Position numbers and translations under genes: made by a program. Below the pieces are notes generated by a model. That model saw nothing but the letters and a program-made list of their open reading frames with translations. It did not search any database and had not been told where the DNA came from. This document shows, in pieces, positions 1 to 9,990 of a stretch of 64,000 bases of DNA; within the stretch, counting starts at the first letter, position 1; every line of letters starts with the position of its first letter. Source of the DNA: Flavobacteriaceae bacterium (GTDB taxonomy: Bacteria > Bacteroidota > Bacteroidia > Flavobacteriales > Flavobacteriaceae); assembly GCA_024762795.1 (NCBI GenBank), contig JANTGS010000004.1, positions 4,114 to 68,113 on the forward strand. The letters are read 5' to 3'.

Positions 1-682
1 AACACCCGATGATATTACCGTATTTCTCACAAGCTATCTGGATCTGGCCAAATATAATGCTAATAAAACAATACTGGTTACGGATTATTGTTCGGAACAT
101 ACTAAAATGAATCATTCATATGATTTGAATCGACAACAAACCTATATTTCATTTGCAGCCGATCACAGAGAACTGGATCATATTCCTTCCTATCCTTCTC
201 CCATCCCTGATGAAAATTCAAATAATATAACACGTCTGCCTGAAGCAAAAAATTTCCTGTATCTCATCAATCCTGATAATGAATTTGACACCAAACAATC
301 CTTTATTGACATCCTTAAAAAAACTAATTACGACCTTATTATCATAGATTTCTTCTTTAAAGATGAAGCATTTACTCCTGATCAGATAAAGCAATTAAAG
401 ATTAAAGCAAATGGTGGCAAACGTTTGGTAATTAGCTATCTTAGCATTGGTCAGGCCGAAGAATACCGCTACTACTGGCAACCCGACTGGAATACAGGCA
501 ATCCTTCATTTATAGATCGGGAGGATCCTGAATGGCAGGGAAATTACTATGTGAGATACTGGGACAGCAATTGGAAAAAGATCATCTTTAACTCAGAGGA
601 TTCTTATCTCAATCGTATTATCGATTCCGGGTTTGATGGTGTTTATCTTGATATTATTGATGCCTATGATCATTTTGAATGA
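1..682 (+). CDS. GH114/TM1410-type putative glycoside hydrolase (endo-alpha-1,4-polygalactosaminidase-like); 5' end outside window
   Basis: Frame 2 is open from nt 2 to the TGA at 680-682, so the ATG at 107 is probably internal. ISYLSIGQAEEYRYYW and GFDGVYLDIIDAY resemble the TIM-barrel GH114/TM1410 family. The first ~35 codons (VTDYCSEH..) look like the end of a preceding copy of the same fold. Confidence 0.5.
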   Translation, partial: TPDDITVFLTSYLDLAKYNANKTILVTDYCSEHTKMNHSYDLNRQQTYISFAADHRELDHIPSYPSPIPDENSNNITRLPEAKNFLYLINPDNEFDTKQSFIDILKKTNYDLIIIDFFFKDEAFTPDQIKQLKIKANGGKRLVISYLSIGQAEEYRYYWQPDWNTGNPSFIDREDPEWQGNYYVRYWDSNWKKIIFNSEDSYLNRIIDSGFDGVYLDIIDAYDHFE

Positions 683-707
683 TCTCCGGTTAATTCTATT
701 CAAAAAA

Positions 708-1754
708 TTACACCACCCTGATCAAGGCCTCCGATGGTTCTGTAAGTTTACCAAATGCTGATATTTCGATCTGATTTTCTTTTAAGAGCGCTTCTACTTC
801 TTCTACCCCATCATCTTCCACAGCGATAAGCAAGCCTCCGCTGGTTTGCGGATCGCAAAGAATGGACCATTTACTTTCATCTTTAAGCTGAACCTTATCT
901 TTAAAACTTTTCCAGTTATTTCTTGTCCCTCCGGGAATACATTTTTGTTCAAGATAGCCCTCTGCCCCTTCAAAAACAGGTACTTTATCCCATTCTATTT
1001 CAGCAGAAAGGCCACTCCCTTCACAGATCTCGATCAAATGTCCGATCAGTCCAAAACCGGTAACATCGGTCATTGCCGTAACACCTTTGATATCAGCCAG
1101 TTTTTCACCGAGACTGTTAAGCTTCGCCATAGAATCTACAGCTACCTTTTCGTGTTCCGGTGTTAATAAACCACGTTTTTGAGCCGTTGTAAATGTTCCG
1201 ATTCCTAAGGGTTTTGTGAGATATAAATGAGAACCTGCTACAGCTGAATCGTTTCGCTTAAGCTTTTTCAGATCTACCCTCCCGGTTACTGCAAGCCCAA
1301 AGATGGGTTCCGGACTGTCGATACTGTGTCCGCCGGCCAAAGTAATTCCAGCCTCCTTACAAACCTGTCTCCCCCCCTCAAGCACCTGTTGCGCCACTTC
1401 AGCAGGTAATTTATCAATAGGCCAGCCTAAAATGGCAATGGCAAGAATAGGTTTTCCTCCCATGGCATACACATCACTGATAGCATTGGTAGCCGCAATT
1501 CTTCCAAAATTATACGGATCGTCCACAATAGGCATAAAGAAATCAGTTGTACTGATCACAGCGGTTCCATCTCCCAGATCGTAAACCGCAGCATCATCCT
1601 TAGAATCGTTGCCCACGATCAAACGGGCGTCCTCAACTGCGATCATTTCAGTTTTAATGATCGTTGAGAGAACTTCAGGTGAGATCTTACATCCGCAACC
1701 TGCCCCATGACTGTATTTTGTCAATTTCACCTGATCTATTTCTTTCGTATTCAT
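708..1754 (-). CDS. selD: selenide, water dikinase (selenophosphate synthetase), Cys-type
   Basis: 348 aa. N-terminal [12 protein letters not shown] loop carries the catalytic Cys/Lys as in E. coli SelD. ATGA overlap with upstream selU. Confidence 0.9.
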   Translation of the reverse strand: MNTKEIDQVKLTKYSHGAGCGCKISPEVLSTIIKTEMIAVEDARLIVGNDSKDDAAVYDLGDGTAVISTTDFFMPIVDDPYNFGRIAATNAISDVYAMGGKPILAIAILGWPIDKLPAEVAQQVLEGGRQVCKEAGITLAGGHSIDSPEPIFGLAVTGRVDLKKLKRNDSAVAGSHLYLTKPLGIGTFTTAQKRGLLTPEHEKVAVDSMAKLNSLGEKLADIKGVTAMTDVTGFGLIGHLIEICEGSGLSAEIEWDKVPVFEGAEGYLEQKCIPGGTRNNWKSFKDKVQLKDESKWSILCDPQTSGGLLIAVEDDGVEEVEALLKENQIEISAFGKLTEPSEALIRVV

Positions 1755-2767
1755 ATACTTTCTTTTTTAATAATTTTTGCATTTTTAAGATGATCCGTAT
1801 CGGAAAGCGGTATTTTTATAACACGATCACTTTCCCGTGTATTCATTCCCTTTAAATAGGCTTTATCATAATATTGCAGCAGGATCAATGCAACTTTATA
1901 AAAATTTCCTGCTTTCAGATCTTCAATAGCCAGTTTTGTATTGAGTCCGCCCAGACGTTTTGTAATTTGCAGTATCGAAGCCTCGAGCATTTTCTTATCC
2001 AAAACAGCATATTCCTCTACAAGAAATCTGGATCTCTCTTCTTTGGAAATATCCACAAAATATAGCATTGCATCACGCATCTGAGAAAAGAATTGCATGG
2101 GAATCCTTACTCTTCCTATATTGTGACTTTCATCTTCTACCCAAACAAACTTATTCAGATCGAGTTTTATTAATTCATGGTGAAGATTATTTTCAAACTG
2201 TTCCACACTGGGCTGAGCTTTCTGGCCTATCGCTCCAAAAGCTGAACCCTTGTGATTTGCTATTCCTTCAAGATCAACTACCTGTTCCCCTAACTTTTTT
2301 AATTCTTCTAAAATATAGGTTTTCCCACTACCGGTGTAGCCTCCGAGCACTTTTAAAGACATCGGTTTTCCCAGTTCATCCAAGACAAAATTTCTATAGG
2401 CTTTATATCCTCCTCTAATTATTTTAACTTCTTTAAATCCGTTTCCATCGAGGTGCTCGGCGAAGGAGCTGCTGCGCATTCCGCCACGCCAGCAATGGAC
2501 AATTATTTCCCGGGAAGGGGCAACTTTTAAAGATTCATTAATAAAATATTCCAGTTTAGAATTTACATAAGTGTACCCCACCTCTATGGCAGCTTCCTTG
2601 GATTTCTGCTTGTATACCGTACCTACATGTGCTCTCTCATCATTGGAAAATAAAGGAATATTAACCGCTCCCGGAATATGTCCTTTTTTAAATTCACCGG
2701 GAGAACGCACATCTACAATCGGTAATTCTGTTGAAAAAACATCTGCTATGTGAATTTCAGAAATCAT
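1751..2767 (-). CDS. selU: tRNA 2-selenouridine synthase
   Basis: 338 aa. Rhodanese domain with CWRGGMRS active-site loop, followed by Walker [10 protein letters not shown]. Translationally coupled to selD. Confidence 0.85.
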   Translation of the reverse strand: MISEIHIADVFSTELPIVDVRSPGEFKKGHIPGAVNIPLFSNDERAHVGTVYKQKSKEAAIEVGYTYVNSKLEYFINESLKVAPSREIIVHCWRGGMRSSSFAEHLDGNGFKEVKIIRGGYKAYRNFVLDELGKPMSLKVLGGYTGSGKTYILEELKKLGEQVVDLEGIANHKGSAFGAIGQKAQPSVEQFENNLHHELIKLDLNKFVWVEDESHNIGRVRIPMQFFSQMRDAMLYFVDISKEERSRFLVEEYAVLDKKMLEASILQITKRLGGLNTKLAIEDLKAGNFYKVALILLQYYDKAYLKGMNTRESDRVIKIPLSDTDHLKNAKIIKKESI

Positions 2768-3086
2768 GATGACAAAAGTAATTTATTTACATGATTTTGA
2801 AGGCTTGAAGTAAAAAAATATGAATTTGCTTTTTAAGAAAATATTTAACCGACTTTTGAAGGATATCTTAAGCGTCTTTCCAATGCTTAGGCTAGAATAT
2901 TCGAGATCGAGACATGTGATAAATTCAAACCGCAGAATACTGTAGTATTTGAGGATTTAAATTTTGAGCATAACAAAGATATCGGACATTATAGACAAGC
3001 ACTCATTAAACTTAAAAAAATCCAGTTTTACCTTCTGTATATTTAGAAAATACTTTAGTTTTAAGGCTAAACTTAAATATCAAAAG

Positions 3087-4265
3087 ATGAATTTTCTTAA
3101 AATATCTTTCTCTATTACAGTTCTTTTTACACTTCTGACCGGTTGTAGCAAAGAGGGGAAGAAGAATATTATAAACAATATCAAACTTGAAACAAATGCG
3201 CATCAGTCTGTATATTTTAAGGCAACAGAAAAATACTCTTATTCTAACCAACCTGATACTACATTAACTGAATACGATATCTGGATAAAAAGAGACCCCT
3301 CAGATTCTTTAAGAAAGGGATTTGTTTGGGTGGATAATCATTATCGTCCTTATAATATGGTTTATGAAAAAGGAACCTTTTATTTAACTATTCCGCCTAA
3401 GAAAACAACGGTTCCTTATCCGAATTTTAAAGAGGATTTTATTTCTTCCATCGACTGGATCGATACTTTTCTTAAAACTGAAAAATTTGCAGAGTTTGCC
3501 ACAAAGAACAATGCTGTAATCAAAAATATTGAATACAAAGGAGAGCCCTGTGCCAGTATTGAGATCAAACTACCCAAGGGGAAAGAGGGAAAAGAAACCA
3601 TACAGACTTATATCATCAATAAAAAGAACCTCTTTCCGGTTTATGCAAAACTGGTTATAAAAGACCAGGGAATAACTTACACCAATGAACTGAACTTTTA
3701 CAATATGATCTTTGATGATGTTAACCTTGATGGATTAAAAGAGCGACAAAAAAGAATTCTGGCCTCCAATCCTCTCGATCCGGAAGGCGGCGAATCGGAT
3801 GTGGCCTATGAAGAACGCATGCTTCATACCGGTATTTCGGCTCCTTTATTTAAAGGTAAATATTACGGTACAGGTAAAACTTTTAATCTGGAAGACCATA
3901 TCGGAAAAGAGGTGATTCTTATCGATTTCTGGTATACCCATTGTCCGCCCTGTGTAAGAGCTATGCCGGCATTATCGGAGCTTTATACAAAATACAAAGA
4001 TAAAGGATTAAAGATCTACGGATTGAATTCTGTTGATAACCAACCGAGAAGCATGGATAACCTGAATAAATTCCTTAAAAAAAGAAAGTTGAGTTATGAA
4101 GTGATTTTGACACAACCTGAAGTAGATCAGGCATACAAAATCAAAGCCTATCCCTCTATGTATATTATAGATAAAAAAGGAAAGGTCAGTTTTGTAGAAG
4201 TGGGTTTTGATAAAGAAAAATTTAAAAAAGTGATTGAACATATCGAAAAACTGATCAATGAATAA
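3087..4265 (+). CDS. TlpA/ResA-like thiol-disulfide oxidoreductase lipoprotein
   Basis: Lipoprotein signal MNFLKISFSITVLFTLLTGCSKEG starts at ATG 3087; the track start at 2964 is a TTG extension. C-terminal thioredoxin fold with WYTHCPPCVRAMP CxxC motif. The ~270-aa N-terminal domain is unassigned. Confidence 0.75.
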   Translation: MNFLKISFSITVLFTLLTGCSKEGKKNIINNIKLETNAHQSVYFKATEKYSYSNQPDTTLTEYDIWIKRDPSDSLRKGFVWVDNHYRPYNMVYEKGTFYLTIPPKKTTVPYPNFKEDFISSIDWIDTFLKTEKFAEFATKNNAVIKNIEYKGEPCASIEIKLPKGKEGKETIQTYIINKKNLFPVYAKLVIKDQGITYTNELNFYNMIFDDVNLDGLKERQKRILASNPLDPEGGESDVAYEERMLHTGISAPLFKGKYYGTGKTFNLEDHIGKEVILIDFWYTHCPPCVRAMPALSELYTKYKDKGLKIYGLNSVDNQPRSMDNLNKFLKKRKLSYEVILTQPEVDQAYKIKAYPSMYIIDKKGKVSFVEVGFDKEKFKKVIEHIEKLINE

Positions 4266-4400
4266 AAGGTATTAAACCTCAGGGCATCCCGCATAGCTAT
4301 CGGGACTGAACCCTTTAATAGGAATCGACCCAAGGGTCGAGGTGCCTGCCACGCCGGCAAGGCGGGTTAAACCAAGATCCCGCTAGAAAAAAGCGGGATT
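4266..4400. repeat. Fragment of the GC-rich interspersed repeat family (reverse orientation)
   Basis: GC-rich patch in an AT-rich spacer. 4344-4370 is the reverse complement of the AAACCCGCCTTGCCGGC..GGCAGGC block seen at 27381-27425 and 9890-9909. Hairpins CGACCC/GGGTCG (4326-4339) and ATCCCGCT/AGCGGGAT (4377-4399). Confidence 0.55.
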
Positions 4401-4524
4401 AGTTCGACTAACTAAAAAATTGAAATTAATTTTTTAGAGTCTCACGAATAACAATTGTTATCTGGAGTTTCCCATAATCAGAATTTAGAATCCAAAAAAC
4501 TATTATTTTAAATAATACCTTAAA

Positions 4525-4559
4525 TTATACGTAAGTTTTTATTATATTTGTACGTATAA
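4525..4559 (+). promoter_or_regulatory. Putative promoter plus operator of the toxin-antitoxin cassette
   Basis: TATATTTG (4543-4550) matches the Bacteroidota -7 consensus TAnnTTTG, 20 nt upstream of ATG 4570. It is bracketed by a perfect 9-bp inverted repeat TTATACGTA (4525-4533) / TACGTATAA (4551-4559). Confidence 0.5.
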
Positions 4560-4569
4560 AAGTGGTGGT

Positions 4570-4812
4570 ATGGATTCAAAATTAACATTAAAACTTAACG
4601 AAAGCGTAATTAAACAAGCAAAACAATACGCAAAGGAAAATAATATAAGTCTTTCAAGAATGATAGAGAATTATCTTACGGCAATTACCGAAAGTAAAGA
4701 TAATAGAATGAGTATAAGCCCATTAGTTAAAAGTTTGACAGGAGTTGTTAAGCTTGAAGATGAAGATTATAGAAAAGATTATACTGATTTTCTATCTCAA
4801 AAGTATTCATAA
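4570..4812 (+). CDS. Putative antitoxin of a type II TA pair
   Basis: 80-aa ORF immediately upstream of a PIN toxin, with a 1-nt TAATG overlap. N-terminal LKLNESVIKQAKQYAKENNISLSRMIENYL looks like a small DNA-binding antitoxin module. Confidence 0.55.
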   Translation: MDSKLTLKLNESVIKQAKQYAKENNISLSRMIENYLTAITESKDNRMSISPLVKSLTGVVKLEDEDYRKDYTDFLSQKYS

Positions 4813-5225
4813 TGGACAAAATTTTAGTTGATACAAATATTGTCCTGGATTTACTTGCTGAACGGAAAAAATTTATTAAGGAAGCTCAGGAACTCTTTAC
4901 TCTATCCGACAAGAATGAAGTAAAAATTTATGTTTCTTCACTTACTTTCGCAAAAACTTATTATATCCTTTCTCAACAAATGAAAATGGATATTGTGAGG
5001 AAAATTTTAAGGAAATTCAAAGTGTTGGTAGAAGTGCTGCCTTTGGATGATAAAATTATTGATTTGTCACTTGAATCCGATTTTAAAGATTTTGAAAATG
5101 CTATTCAATATTATACTGCAATTGAAAATGAAATAAGCATTATTATTACAAGAAATTTAAAAGATTTCAAAACTGCAAAGATACCTGTACTTACTGCAAA
5201 AGAATATACCAAATTAAGAAAATAG
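4812..5225 (+). CDS. vapC: PIN-domain ribonuclease toxin (VapC-like)
   Basis: 137 aa. N-terminal ILVDTNIVLDLL with the first conserved PIN Asp. C-terminal IIITRNLKDF motif. Paired with a small upstream ORF. Confidence 0.75.
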   Translation: MDKILVDTNIVLDLLAERKKFIKEAQELFTLSDKNEVKIYVSSLTFAKTYYILSQQMKMDIVRKILRKFKVLVEVLPLDDKIIDLSLESDFKDFENAIQYYTAIENEISIIITRNLKDFKTAKIPVLTAKEYTKLRK

Positions 5226-5259
5226 TATAAAAAATTTGCTTTAAATAAAATTCACAATT

Positions 5260-5736
5260 TTAAATTTCAAGCTCTTCCAGTTCGAGGCCGTAATCAAATT
5301 GAAGATCTTCATGTAAAGAAGTTATCGCCTTTTTGATCAATACAATCTGGCGATTAAAGATATTGACCAATGATACATTATTTTTATAGGAAGGTCGCAT
5401 TTCTTTAAGGTTTTCGCAGAAATACAACAAGAGTTCTACTTCGGTTTCTTTCTTTTTTGAATAGCGAATATATTTTTTGGTATTTCTCAGGATCTTTCTG
5501 ACACTCTTTTTAATATAGAAATAACTTTTGGTATTGATCTGGTCAAAATCCGTATCGATCTCCTCTTTGACTCCTCTGATAAATGCATCTTCATCAGAAG
5601 ATTCGAAAAGCAGGTAGGTAAGCAACTCTTTGTTCTCCTTTTTAAATTTTGATAAACGTAAACAAAGTTCTACCAGTTCAGCCTGTGATCTGTAAGTCAG
5701 CTCATTTTTAAGTTCTTTTACAGTAGCGGTTTTCAT
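5260..5736 (-). CDS. Conserved hypothetical protein (helical, Lys/Glu-rich)
   Basis: 158-aa ORF with native-like composition (GATC-rich). I recognise no catalytic motif. Confidence 0.5.
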   Translation of the reverse strand: MKTATVKELKNELTYRSQAELVELCLRLSKFKKENKELLTYLLFESSDEDAFIRGVKEEIDTDFDQINTKSYFYIKKSVRKILRNTKKYIRYSKKKETEVELLLYFCENLKEMRPSYKNNVSLVNIFNRQIVLIKKAITSLHEDLQFDYGLELEELEI

Positions 5737-5754
5737 CGACAGGAATCTTAAAAG

Positions 5755-6747
5755 TTAAAGAGAAAGTATCTTTTTCAGATCTGATTCCGAAACATTAAGC
5801 AAACCCGATTTAGGTAATCTCCGGGTCAGTTCTTTCCAGTTCTCATCTTTTTTAAACACTTCGTTAAAGATAGGTAAGGCTCTTTTTATATCACCATTGT
5901 TGGCCAGTGCAATGGCAGTCCAGTATTTCATTTCCAGGTTTTCAGGAAACAACTGTTGTGCTGCACCATATTCTGCCAGGGCTTTTTTCATATTGTGATG
6001 TTCTACGGCCAAATCCCCTTTATTCATATATTCATAGGCATGATGCACTTTGAGCAATCTTTCAAGTTCTCCGATCGGATCTTTATGATCATCCACCCGA
6101 AGATCGATCAGTTTATCATTCCACGATTCTTTTACCGGTTTTGGCCCTACAACGATCAATGCAGCCGATTGTTTCCCGCGAATATCTCCTCCTGCTTTTT
6201 GGGCAGCTTTTAAAACTTCCAGTACTCTATCAGCAATCGGTAAATTTGCATTTTCACGGAAAGCCTTCGCCATAGCCGGAACAACCTTGTCGGTGAGCAT
6301 CATATTTGCCTGAACAGAAAAATTATCTCCTGTGATCTGATCAGCATATACGATACAACTTTTCCCGGTATAGGCCGAAACATTTCCTTTTACATCGAGC
6401 ATGGCAACCTGACGTACATCCCTCCCTTCATCTTCAGAGATCAAAAATTGCAGTACATCTTTTGCATTTTTCCCTTCTTCCATCAGGCGGATTCCATTAG
6501 GTCCGTATGCAGGATTGATAAACGATTGGGTTGCTACCACACCTACTCCCGATTTACCCCAGGCAACAGAGGTACCCACAGCAAACCAGTGGCTCTGAAC
6601 AGCCACAGCCATTTCACCGGTTTTTTTATCACGGGCCACAATAGAAAAAGTATGGGCAAATTTATCTTTATACACCTGAGAAAAAACTTTTCCGGAAAAA
6701 AGAAATAAAAAACTCAGTACTAAAATACTTGTTGATCTTCTTGTCAT
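5755..6747 (-). CDS. DUF1028 (Ntn-hydrolase fold) secreted protein with C-terminal TPR-like region
   Basis: Signal peptide MTRRSTSILVLSFLFLFSGKVFSQ from ATG 6747. FSIVARDKKTGEMAVAVQSHWFAVG is typical of the DUF1028 N-terminus. Confidence 0.65.
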   Translation of the reverse strand: MTRRSTSILVLSFLFLFSGKVFSQVYKDKFAHTFSIVARDKKTGEMAVAVQSHWFAVGTSVAWGKSGVGVVATQSFINPAYGPNGIRLMEEGKNAKDVLQFLISEDEGRDVRQVAMLDVKGNVSAYTGKSCIVYADQITGDNFSVQANMMLTDKVVPAMAKAFRENANLPIADRVLEVLKAAQKAGGDIRGKQSAALIVVGPKPVKESWNDKLIDLRVDDHKDPIGELERLLKVHHAYEYMNKGDLAVEHHNMKKALAEYGAAQQLFPENLEMKYWTAIALANNGDIKRALPIFNEVFKKDENWKELTRRLPKSGLLNVSESDLKKILSL

Positions 6748-6791
6748 TGTCTTAGATATGAAATTAGATAAGGAGTAAAAATACAATAAAA

Positions 6792-7466
6792 TTATAAGTT
6801 TTCTAAAGAGCCAACCGACAGTTTTGAAATACGATCCGATTCGATCATTGAAATATCAGGCTTTAAATTTGCAAGTTCAATCATAGCTATAGCAATGTTT
6901 TCAGCCTTTACAGGTTTGTATTTTTTTAGTTTGCCAATCAGAAAAAATTGAAATAAATTCATCATTATCTTTCCCATTGTTTCCCCCATACGCATTTCAT
7001 TTCTTTTACCAAGAATTAGCGACGGCCTTAGAATATAGGTATGAGGAATCTTTAATGATAAAACCTCTTCCTCCATTTCTCCCTTTGTTCTGTTGTAAAA
7101 TATTTTACTCTTAACACTGGCACCCAGAGCAGAAATAACCAAAAAAGTATCAATTCCATTTTCTTTACAGAGCTTTGCTGCAGCAACCGGAATCCCGTAA
7201 TCTATTTTTTTATATAATTCCTTATCCGGTGTTTTGGCTGCCGTAGTTCCGATACAACAATAAACCTCATCAGCTGTAAAATCCTTTTTAAAAGATTTCA
7301 GATCGAGTAAATTTCCGGTATATTCTGTAAGTTTAGGATGTTCAAATCCAACAGGTTTTCTTAGAAAAACCTTAATGGAATCATAGCTTTTATCCTCTAA
7401 AAGTTTCTCTAACAGAATATTTCCGGTTAAACCGGAAGCACCTAAAATAATTGCAGTCTTACCCAT
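6792..7466 (-). CDS. NAD(P)H-binding (atypical SDR / NmrA-like) protein
   Basis: N-terminal Rossmann motif ILGASGLTGNILL; 224 aa. Confidence 0.7.
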   Translation of the reverse strand: MGKTAIILGASGLTGNILLEKLLEDKSYDSIKVFLRKPVGFEHPKLTEYTGNLLDLKSFKKDFTADEVYCCIGTTAAKTPDKELYKKIDYGIPVAAAKLCKENGIDTFLVISALGASVKSKIFYNRTKGEMEEEVLSLKIPHTYILRPSLILGKRNEMRMGETMGKIMMNLFQFFLIGKLKKYKPVKAENIAIAMIELANLKPDISMIESDRISKLSVGSLENL

Positions 7467-8702
7467 TTAATACCAGCGTTTTTTCTTTTTTTTAGAGGCT
7501 GCTGATTTTCTTCCTTTTTTATATTTACTTCCCTGTTTTTTATGGATCTCGGGTTTGGATTTAGGATCTAACGGATAGGGATGATCCTCTTCTACAAAAA
7601 TCTCTTTATGAATAAGTTTTTGAATTTCAGCAATATAATTCTTTTCATCTGCTGAACAAAAAGAATATGAAACTCCTTTTTCTCCTGCTCTACCGGTTCT
7701 TCCGATACGATGCACATAAATCTCCGGCTGATTGGGAATATCAAAATTGATCACATTATCCAGATTTTTAATATCCAGGCCTCTTGAGGCAACATCGGTG
7801 GCAATTAAAATATCAGCTTCTCCATTCTTCAATTTTTGTAAAGCCTCCTGACGCGCATTCTGACTTTTATCCCCATGAATACCCGCTATTTTGTACTTGT
7901 TCTTTAATAGTGATTTTTCCAGCTTATCCACCCCAAATTTTGTACGCCTGAAAATAATCGCGTTCCCTTTAACCGTATTTCTCAAGAGGTGAAGACACAA
8001 TTCGATCTTTCTTTGTTTGGGTACATAATATAAATGCTGATCTACTTCTTTTTCAAGAACTGATTTCGAATCAGCTACTATTTTAACGGGTTCATCCATA
8101 ATGGTCTTCGCCAGATGTATTACTTTATTGGGCATTGTTGCAGAAAAAAGAAGTACCTGTTTTTCTTCCGAGCAGATCTTTTCAATTTTCTTTACATCAT
8201 CCCAAAAACCCATATCCAGCATCAGATCGGCTTCATCAAGAACCAATATCTCAACATGATCCGGATTAATTAATTCCTGTTTATACAGATCGAGTAATCT
8301 GCCCGGTGTGGCGATCAAAATATCGACCCCTTTTTTAAGCAGATCTTTTTGCGGCTCGATGGAAACCCCTCCAAAAATGCTGGTTGCTCTTAAACCGGTA
8401 TGCTTTCCGTAAGTTTTAAAACTTTCTTCTATTTGACGGGCCAGTTCACGGGTAGGACAAACAACCAGTGCCCTGATCTTTTTACTCTTCTTTGTTGAAT
8501 GCTGATTAAGGTACAGCATCTGCAGAATGGGTAATGCAAAAGCAGCGGTTTTACCCGAACCCGTCTGGGCTGAAACAATAACATCTTTAGCTTTCAGTAC
8601 TTCAGGGATTGTTTTTTCCTGAACCTGAGTTGGGTTTTGATAATCACTTTCGGCTACAGCCTTTAATATATTTTTGTTTAAGTCGAACTCGTTGAACTGC
8701 AT
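7467..8702 (-). CDS. DEAD-box ATP-dependent RNA helicase
   Basis: Motifs AQTGSGKT, PTRELA, DEAD, SAT and HRIGRTGRAG. Basic C-terminal tail. Confidence 0.92.
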   Translation of the reverse strand: MQFNEFDLNKNILKAVAESDYQNPTQVQEKTIPEVLKAKDVIVSAQTGSGKTAAFALPILQMLYLNQHSTKKSKKIRALVVCPTRELARQIEESFKTYGKHTGLRATSIFGGVSIEPQKDLLKKGVDILIATPGRLLDLYKQELINPDHVEILVLDEADLMLDMGFWDDVKKIEKICSEEKQVLLFSATMPNKVIHLAKTIMDEPVKIVADSKSVLEKEVDQHLYYVPKQRKIELCLHLLRNTVKGNAIIFRRTKFGVDKLEKSLLKNKYKIAGIHGDKSQNARQEALQKLKNGEADILIATDVASRGLDIKNLDNVINFDIPNQPEIYVHRIGRTGRAGEKGVSYSFCSADEKNYIAEIQKLIHKEIFVEEDHPYPLDPKSKPEIHKKQGSKYKKGRKSAASKKKKKRWY

Positions 8703-8885
8703 ATATACTTGTTAAGATTGTCTTACAAAGATACACAGAAAGAAAAGATCTGTTTTATTAATTTTTATTACTTTCGTTTTAAATAGTATCTGATTATAAA
8801 GTGCTTGATCTTTGAAAGATTATATTTTTTCAAATAGATGACTTTATGGACTGGCACTAATTATTCATTCTTAATCCTTAATTCC

Positions 8886-9506
8886 ATGAAACGCTTATTA
8901 CTTCTTTTTATCATTATTGTTATCAGTTCCTGTAGTCAAAAGATCTTTAAAGAAAAATGGACTCAAAAAAAAGCGCCTGAAACTTTTAAGGCCAGGTTTG
9001 AAACAACCCAGGGTGATTTTGATATAGTAGCCAAACGAAATTGGGCTCCCAACGGAGTCGACCGTTTGTATCAGCTGATCAAAAGTAATTATTATACCGA
9101 TATCGGTATCTTTAGAGTGATTCCTGAATTTGTAGTTCAGTTTGGTATACAGAATGATTCAGTATTAAACAAAGCATGGGATAAATACAAACTGAAAGAT
9201 GAACCCGTATTGCAAAGCAATGACTCTATGGCGATCTCTTTTGCCCGTGACGGAATCAATTCGCGTACTACACAGATCTTTATCAATTTAAAGGATAATC
9301 ACAGGCTGGATACGGTAGATTTTAATGGAGTTAAAGGTTTTCCTGTAATTGCTAAGATTACCAAAGGAATGGAAAACGTTCACAAATTCCATGTTACCAA
9401 AGACAACGTCCCCAATCAGGATTCTATCAGTAAATATGGAAATGCGTATCTGAAACGACATTACCCAAAACTGGATTATATTAAAAAGACGTATATTGTT
9501 AAATAG
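8886..9506 (+). CDS. Cyclophilin-type peptidyl-prolyl cis-trans isomerase, lipoprotein
   Basis: Signal MKRLLLLFIIIVISSCSQK from ATG 8886. FRVIPEFVVQFG cyclophilin core motif. Confidence 0.8.
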   Translation: MKRLLLLFIIIVISSCSQKIFKEKWTQKKAPETFKARFETTQGDFDIVAKRNWAPNGVDRLYQLIKSNYYTDIGIFRVIPEFVVQFGIQNDSVLNKAWDKYKLKDEPVLQSNDSMAISFARDGINSRTTQIFINLKDNHRLDTVDFNGVKGFPVIAKITKGMENVHKFHVTKDNVPNQDSISKYGNAYLKRHYPKLDYIKKTYIVK

Positions 9507-9562
9507 TTAGTATTGAGTCATTAGCTGGTTTTGGAATTGTTCAAAATTTAAGATATTTATTA

Positions 9563-9990
9563 TAGCGAAGAGGGAAAAGGGAAAAGGGATTAGTTAATTT
9601 GAAATTTAAAATTTAATATTCCTCTCCATAGTGAAAGGTTAAAGGAGGGGGTGCCTGAAAGGTGGGGTGGTTTAATTTGATGTTTTTAAAATTTATGATA
9701 TTATTTTAGAAACGAAAAAAGGAAATAGGGAAAAGGGATTAGTTAATTTGAAATTCAAGATTTAAAATATAAAATTGCTTATAGCATAGAGTCTTCTACT
9801 TAAAACCTTCTGGTAATAATCTGCGTTTATCAACGAAATCTGCGGGAGAATTTTAGGAGGAAAGAGGGAAAATGAGTATGTAAAAAGTCAAACCCGACGG
9901 CGAGGCAGGAGTCGAAAATCCTTGAGTAACTCAGTGATCCTCAGGAAGACTCGTTTAACACAGAACAACAAACGGTTTTTTTTCACATCA
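9563..9990 (+). repeat. Mosaic GC-rich interspersed repeat, about 1.5 tandem units
   Basis: Perfect 28-nt direct repeat GGGAAAAGGGATTAGTTAATTTGAAATT at 9579-9606 and 9728-9755. It is followed by the blocks AAAATTGCTTATAGCATA, TAATAATCTGCGTTTATCAACGAAATCTGCGGGAG, AAACCCG..GGCGAGGCAGGAGTCGAAAAT, GAGTAACTCAGTGATCCTCAGG and AACAACAAAC, which recur at 13075-13335 (reverse) and 27270-27558. Confidence 0.8.

Noticed and set aside
846-1584. Plus-strand ORFs 846..1166 and 1303..1584. The same applies to many similar 60-117-aa ORFs elsewhere, e.g. 11282..11675, 36038..36664, 43560..44070 and 61150..61503.
   Set aside because: They lie antisense inside genes with strong family motifs on the other strand. 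Their low-complexity, Ser/Leu/Phe-rich translations have no recognisable motif. They are typical shadow ORFs.
2964-3086. N-terminal 41-codon extension of the TlpA-like gene in the ORF track.
   Set aside because: It begins at a TTG and precedes a canonical lipoprotein signal peptide that starts at ATG 3087. The extension is probably untranslated leader.
4377-4399. Perfect 8-bp hairpin ATCCCGCT-AGAAAAA-AGCGGGAT as a terminator of the TlpA-like gene.
   Set aside because: No U-tract follows the stem on either strand, and it lies inside a repeat-family fragment. I treat it as part of the repeat rather than a dedicated terminator.
9855-9883. AGGAGG followed by a mini-ORF ATG AGT ATG TAA inside the repeat, and the 28-codon ORF at 27369..27455 in another copy.
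   Set aside because: The reading frame is not conserved between repeat copies (3 against 28 codons), and Bacteroidota rarely use Shine-Dalgarno sites. It is most likely fortuitous.
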